A stretch of 20,000 nt of DNA, taken from the IMG/VR virus record IMGVR_UViG_3300009164_003518, positions 52,958 to 72,957 of that record; one strand, 5' to 3'. Of the stretch, positions 17,170 through 20,000 are shown in pieces; within the stretch, counting starts at the first letter, position 1, and each line of letters starts with the position of its first letter. Source of the stretch: an uncultured virus (IMG/VR IMGVR_UViG_3300009164_003518). Taxonomy: Duplodnaviria; Heunggongvirae; Uroviricota; Caudoviricetes. The notes under the pieces were generated by a model. It made no database searches. It saw only the letters and a list, made by a program, of their open reading frames with translations, and was not told where the DNA came from. The position numbers and the translations under genes were made by a program.

Positions 17170-17177
17170 TATAAATA
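17170..17177 (+). promoter_or_regulatory. T4-type late promoter TATAAATA
   Basis: Exact consensus, back-to-back with the leftward sigma70 promoter. Confidence 0.7.
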
Positions 17178-17218
17178 ACCCATATGACAACCAAAATTAA
17201 CCCGATATTCAAAACAAC

Positions 17219-18073
17219 ATGATACATGCTTTTGGCTGCAGTTTTACACGCTATCAATGGCCCACATGGGCAGACTTACTCAATCAAATAGAACCCTGTG
17301 TTAACTACGGCAGCCCGGGCACGGGCAACAAGGCCATATATACCCGAATGGCCAATGCTCTGTTCACGGGTAAGATCACACAGGGAGTAGATCGAGTTAC
17401 CATACAGTGGACAGGCCATACACGCTATGATCTTTGGCTGGGTCCAAAACAGTGGCAGCAGTTGGGCAATGTGTGGAATCAAACAGGAGACAGCCCTGTG
17501 ACCAGTGCGTTTCTACAGCATTTGTGGAGTGACCAAGACGCACTGATACAGACTCTGATATTGGTACAGTCAGCGGCTCTGCTACTTAACTATCACAAAA
17601 TAGCCTATCACTTTGTGTTTATGAATAACCTGCGCAGTTTCACTTTGGAAACGGGTAATCACAGCCTTGGACCCTATCCTGATCTCTTAGATCCACACTG
17701 GCAGAACTTTGACAAGTTAAATCGCAGTGAACTCAGCATGACAGACTGGGTCAAGCAGAGCAGAAAAACACGGAAACCCTGTTTGTGGCAGTGGGACAAA
17801 CACCGTCCTGCAAGCGATGATCTACACCCAGAACCCTGGGAAGCCTACACTTATGCAAAGAAAGAGTTGGGCTCTGTGCTGAGATGGCAACCTGAGCAAT
17901 GGCAGCAACTGGCCACTATAGCAGAGCAATGTCAACAGGAACTACGGGAGTACAATGCTGAGAATCCTCAGTGCTTGATGTACGTAAACAAGAATAACCT
18001 TAACTACTATCCCGGAGCTCCTATATATAAAGAAGGTCATATCAAATATCTACGTGATCAAGAGCTGATCTAA
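17219..18073 (+). CDS. SGNH-fold hydrolase/acyltransferase-like protein
   Basis: FGCSFT, NYGxxGxGN, IQWT...R.D, DLHP. Confidence 0.7.
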   Translation: MIHAFGCSFTRYQWPTWADLLNQIEPCVNYGSPGTGNKAIYTRMANALFTGKITQGVDRVTIQWTGHTRYDLWLGPKQWQQLGNVWNQTGDSPVTSAFLQHLWSDQDALIQTLILVQSAALLLNYHKIAYHFVFMNNLRSFTLETGNHSLGPYPDLLDPHWQNFDKLNRSELSMTDWVKQSRKTRKPCLWQWDKHRPASDDLHPEPWEAYTYAKKELGSVLRWQPEQWQQLATIAEQCQQELREYNAENPQCLMYVNKNNLNYYPGAPIYKEGHIKYLRDQELI

Positions 18074-18273
18074 AACACAGTTAGATAATCCGCATAACAT
18101 AACAGCAGCCAAGTAATGTGCTTATTGGGCTCTGCTTCAATACGCCAACACCAATATGAATCTCCTACATGTATATAGGGACCGGGATACATCACTATGT
18201 CATTGAGTTGACAATAGCGATAGATGCTGTCAATAACGGGACTGTGGCTGTCAAGAGTAACGCATATACGCAT
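18070..18273 (-). CDS. hypothetical protein (67 aa, MRICVTLD...)
   Basis: TAAATA (18282-18287) lies 8 nt before ATG 18273; the longer predicted N-terminus runs through repeats. Confidence 0.6.
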   Translation of the reverse strand: MRICVTLDSHSPVIDSIYRYCQLNDIVMYPGPYIHVGDSYWCWRIEAEPNKHITWLLLCYADYLTVF

Positions 18274-18311
18274 AGTATGATTATTTACTGTATATACAGC
18301 ATATTGAGCAT

Positions 18312-18396
18312 AGGCCCCGCTGTGTGTATATAGACTACAGTAGAGCAAGGCCCCGCTGCGCGGTCTGCACAGTTTGGGCCCACAGGCCCCGCTGCG
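18312..18396. repeat. three AGGCCCCGCTG repeats at exact 36-bp period
   Basis: Copies start at 18312, 18348 and 18384. Confidence 0.85.
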
Positions 18397-18678
18397 AGTG
18401 TCCGTAGCCACGAAGTGGACAGCGCAAAAAAGTTTTTTAGGTGGCCCCTGATAGAGTATTCACTGTATATACAGTATAGAACCAGAGTGGCGCCAGGATT
18501 GAGAGGGGATTACTATAAGCGTGTGTGTTTTTTTGGCTGTGTTGTGCGGGGTTTTAAGATGGGTTTTGACTATTTGAACTATGCCTCTCTGCCCCAGCCG
18601 TCTCAAAAATTTTTTACTCTAAGCCACGCCATCCTGATCTTATGATTTGACTCTAAATCAAGGATTCGTTGCACAATT

Positions 18679-18799
18679 TTGCACTTTGTCACACTTTTCC
18701 ACAGAATCTTGACTCATCAACCGCACTCGTTCACGCTACAGCGTAGGCCATGGGATCTAAATTGCACTTTTGGCCATTCTACTTGCACTTTGTCACACT
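18679..18799. repeat. 17-bp direct repeat TTGCACTTTGTCACACT
   Basis: 18679-18695 and 18783-18799; partial copies at 18669 and 18762. Confidence 0.8.
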
Positions 18800-18905
18800 G
18801 TGTCTAATATAGTAGACATTGCCGTCACTGTGTATGGTATACTGTACATTCACGGCGGTCTCTGTGCTTGGTCTGCTATATACAGTATATGGACCGGGAG
18901 TCATA

Positions 18906-19130
18906 ATGATCAATAACCTTGCACACATCCGCTATGGTCAACACAGTGTACACTTAGCTAAGAACACTGAGACTGGCAGTATAGTCTGTTTTAAGTATAA
19001 TGATCGACGCTGTGACTTACGTGTATTTGACCGAGACCAAAGTGATCAATGTGCTGAGTACATGCTACAGTCAATACCTGCTTTTGGATGGGGTTTTGTT
19101 GAGGATTCCGAAGCAGAAAACACAGAATAG
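18906..19130 (+). CDS. hypothetical protein (74 aa, MINNLAHIRY...)
   Basis: GGGAG RBS at 18896-18900 before ATG 18906. Confidence 0.55.
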   Translation: MINNLAHIRYGQHSVHLAKNTETGSIVCFKYNDRRCDLRVFDRDQSDQCAEYMLQSIPAFGWGFVEDSEAENTE

Positions 19131-19177
19131 GGGCCGGCGGTAATACTATCGTTTGCAATTTTTTCGGCTGTTTTCTA

Positions 19178-19308
19178 TGTGGATAACTCTGTGGATAACT
19201 TTTCGCTGTTGTTTTTTCGCCACAGTGGATAACCTGTGGATAAGTTCTGAGATTTAAAGTTATCCACAGCCAAAATGTTGTCCACAGGTTATACATCAGT
19301 TATCCACA
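19178..19308. promoter_or_regulatory. DnaA-box cluster (oriC/datA-like)
   Basis: Perfect boxes at 19178, 19190, 19235 (TGTGGATAA) and 19260, 19300 (TTATCCACA); 1-mismatch boxes at 19224 and 19278. Confidence 0.85.
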
Positions 19309-19362
19309 GCTGAAAACACAGGCGCTGTCGCCGTCCACCCCCACCTTGTTCGAACAGTCTTT

Positions 19363-19391
19363 ATTATACTGTCTTTTGGGCGAACCGTCAA
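19363..19391 (-). promoter_or_regulatory. sigma70 promoter pointing into the DnaA-box array
   Basis: TTGACG-17-TATAAT. Confidence 0.8.
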
Positions 19392-19438
19392 CCGATTCAG
19401 AGAGACCCTACACAGAGAGTGTGTTCTTTTAGCCACAG

Positions 19439-19467
19439 TTGACGAAAGTGTGTTTTGGCTGTAAAAT
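19439..19467 (+). promoter_or_regulatory. sigma70 early promoter
   Basis: TTGACG-17-TAAAAT followed by an AAGGA RBS. Confidence 0.8.
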
Positions 19468-19489
19468 TAGGGCTTAAAACAAGGAAACT

Positions 19490-19639
19490 ATGTACGCAAT
19501 CGTTAACATTAATACTAAAGCTATTAACTATTATACAACCGAAAATGCCGCTTCAGAAGCGTGTCGCGTATACAATGTATTACCGGGCCATAAAGTTTAT
19601 ATTATAGACTTTACATTATCATTAATCGAACAGTTATAA
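19490..19639 (+). CDS. small hypothetical protein (49 aa, MYAIVNINTK...), absent from the ORF track
   Basis: Hand-translated; promoter and RBS upstream. Confidence 0.7.
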   Translation: MYAIVNINTKAINYYTTENAASEACRVYNVLPGHKVYIIDFTLSLIEQL

Positions 19640-19650
19640 AAAGGATTATC

Positions 19651-19800
19651 ATGTCAGAAACTATTACTACAAAAGATAAACTCACCAGTTTAATGTTGCA
19701 AATGCAAGACATTATCATGGAGGATTATGAAGATAATGAAGATATTCAAAATGCATTTAATGCGCTTGCAAGTGCATTTGATTATTATATAGAAGATTAA
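19651..19800 (+). CDS. small acidic protein (49 aa, MSETITTKDK...), absent from the ORF track
   Basis: Hand-translated; AAGGA RBS; 12 D/E versus 2 K. Confidence 0.75.
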   Translation: MSETITTKDKLTSLMLQMQDIIMEDYEDNEDIQNAFNALASAFDYYIED

Positions 19801-19815
19801 TATTATCTAATAATA

Positions 19816-19839
19816 CTGTGTGGCGTTAAAGCCACACAG
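19816..19839. repeat. inverted repeat CTGTGTGGC-GTTAAA-GCCACACAG
   Basis: Perfect 9-bp arms, 16 bp upstream of a -35 box. Confidence 0.75.
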
Positions 19840-19855
19840 CGAGTGCGGTCTGGGG

Positions 19856-19884
19856 TTGACGTTTTGGGCCCGTAGTGCTATAAT
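19856..19884 (+). promoter_or_regulatory. sigma70 early promoter with extended -10
   Basis: TTGACG-17-TATAAT with TG upstream of the -10; AAGGAG RBS. Confidence 0.85.
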
Positions 19885-19907
19885 AGACACATAGTAAGGA
19901 GAGAGCG

Positions 19908-20000
19908 ATGACAAGACGTACACCCAGATCAGATTGCAACTACATCATCTACGCTATGACCAGCGAGCGGGGTGATTCGTACATTGGCTTGACACGTAAG
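19908..20000 (+). CDS. GIY-YIG nuclease-family protein, N-terminus (3' truncated)
   Basis: MTRRTPRSDCNYIIYAMTSERGDSYIGLTRK carries an IIY...YIG motif. Confidence 0.7.
   Translation, partial: MTRRTPRSDCNYIIYAMTSERGDSYIGLTRK

Noticed and set aside
607..17178. Plus-strand ORFs in the track (e.g. 1615-1965, 3801-4274, 13897-14388, 15204-15563)
   Set aside because: Antisense shadows of well-supported minus-strand genes, with no motifs or RBS.
3625..17482. Alternative-frame minus ORFs (3625-3876, 6782-7075, 14530-14715, 15617-15946, 16193-16417, 16821-17168, 17276-17482)
   Set aside because: Nested in better-supported genes, with no recognisable features.
18312..18396. Mini CRISPR array
   Set aside because: Repeats are only 11-13 bp with a 36-bp period and there are no cas genes; too short for CRISPR units.
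18288..18475. LexA/SOS boxes
   Set aside because: CTGT-N4-ACAG is 4 bp shorter than the CTGT-N8-ACAG consensus; kept only as an unexplained palindrome.
18415..18645. 76-aa plus-strand ORF
   Set aside because: GTG start without RBS, atypical composition, within the repeat-rich region.
18991..19296. 101-aa minus-strand ORF
   Set aside because: It translates the DnaA-box array (YPQ repeats), overlaps a plus-strand gene and has no clear RBS.
19178..19308. Bacterial chromosomal oriC
   Set aside because: No dnaA, dnaN, gidA or rpmH nearby; the flanks are phage-type small ORFs and promoters.
1..20000. Stop-codon reassignment as the cause of missing CTAG
   Set aside because: Genes are intact and tightly packed under the standard code, and TAG in other contexts (TTAG, ATAG, GTAG) is common.

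Overview
This is an accessory and probable replication-control region of a large lytic dsDNA phage with T4-like transcription signals; the host is probably a Proteobacterium. Bases 202-17109 hold tightly overlapping minus-strand genes. These include host-like and envelope enzymes (lipase, exported non-specific nuclease, YbaN, YqgE/AlgH, an SGNH-PGBD-SleB lysin, HldD-like epimerase, S11 DD-peptidase, polysaccharide-lyase lipoprotein), two HNH nucleases and arrays of paralogous small ORFs. The 3' end of hemA lies on the + strand at the left edge. Consensus sigma70 promoters and TAAATA late-type promoters alternate. The strand switches near 17.2-19.4 kb, across a largely non-coding segment with repeats, a dense DnaA-box array and divergent promoters. 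Top observations: (1) an orphan MjaI-family restriction endonuclease (the prototype recognises CTAG) in a window where a manual scan found no CTAG in 20 kb; (2) an oriC/datA-like DnaA-box array with a promoter firing into it; (3) an esterase-lytic transglycosylase fusion. All family calls are from motif recognition by eye, with no database searches.
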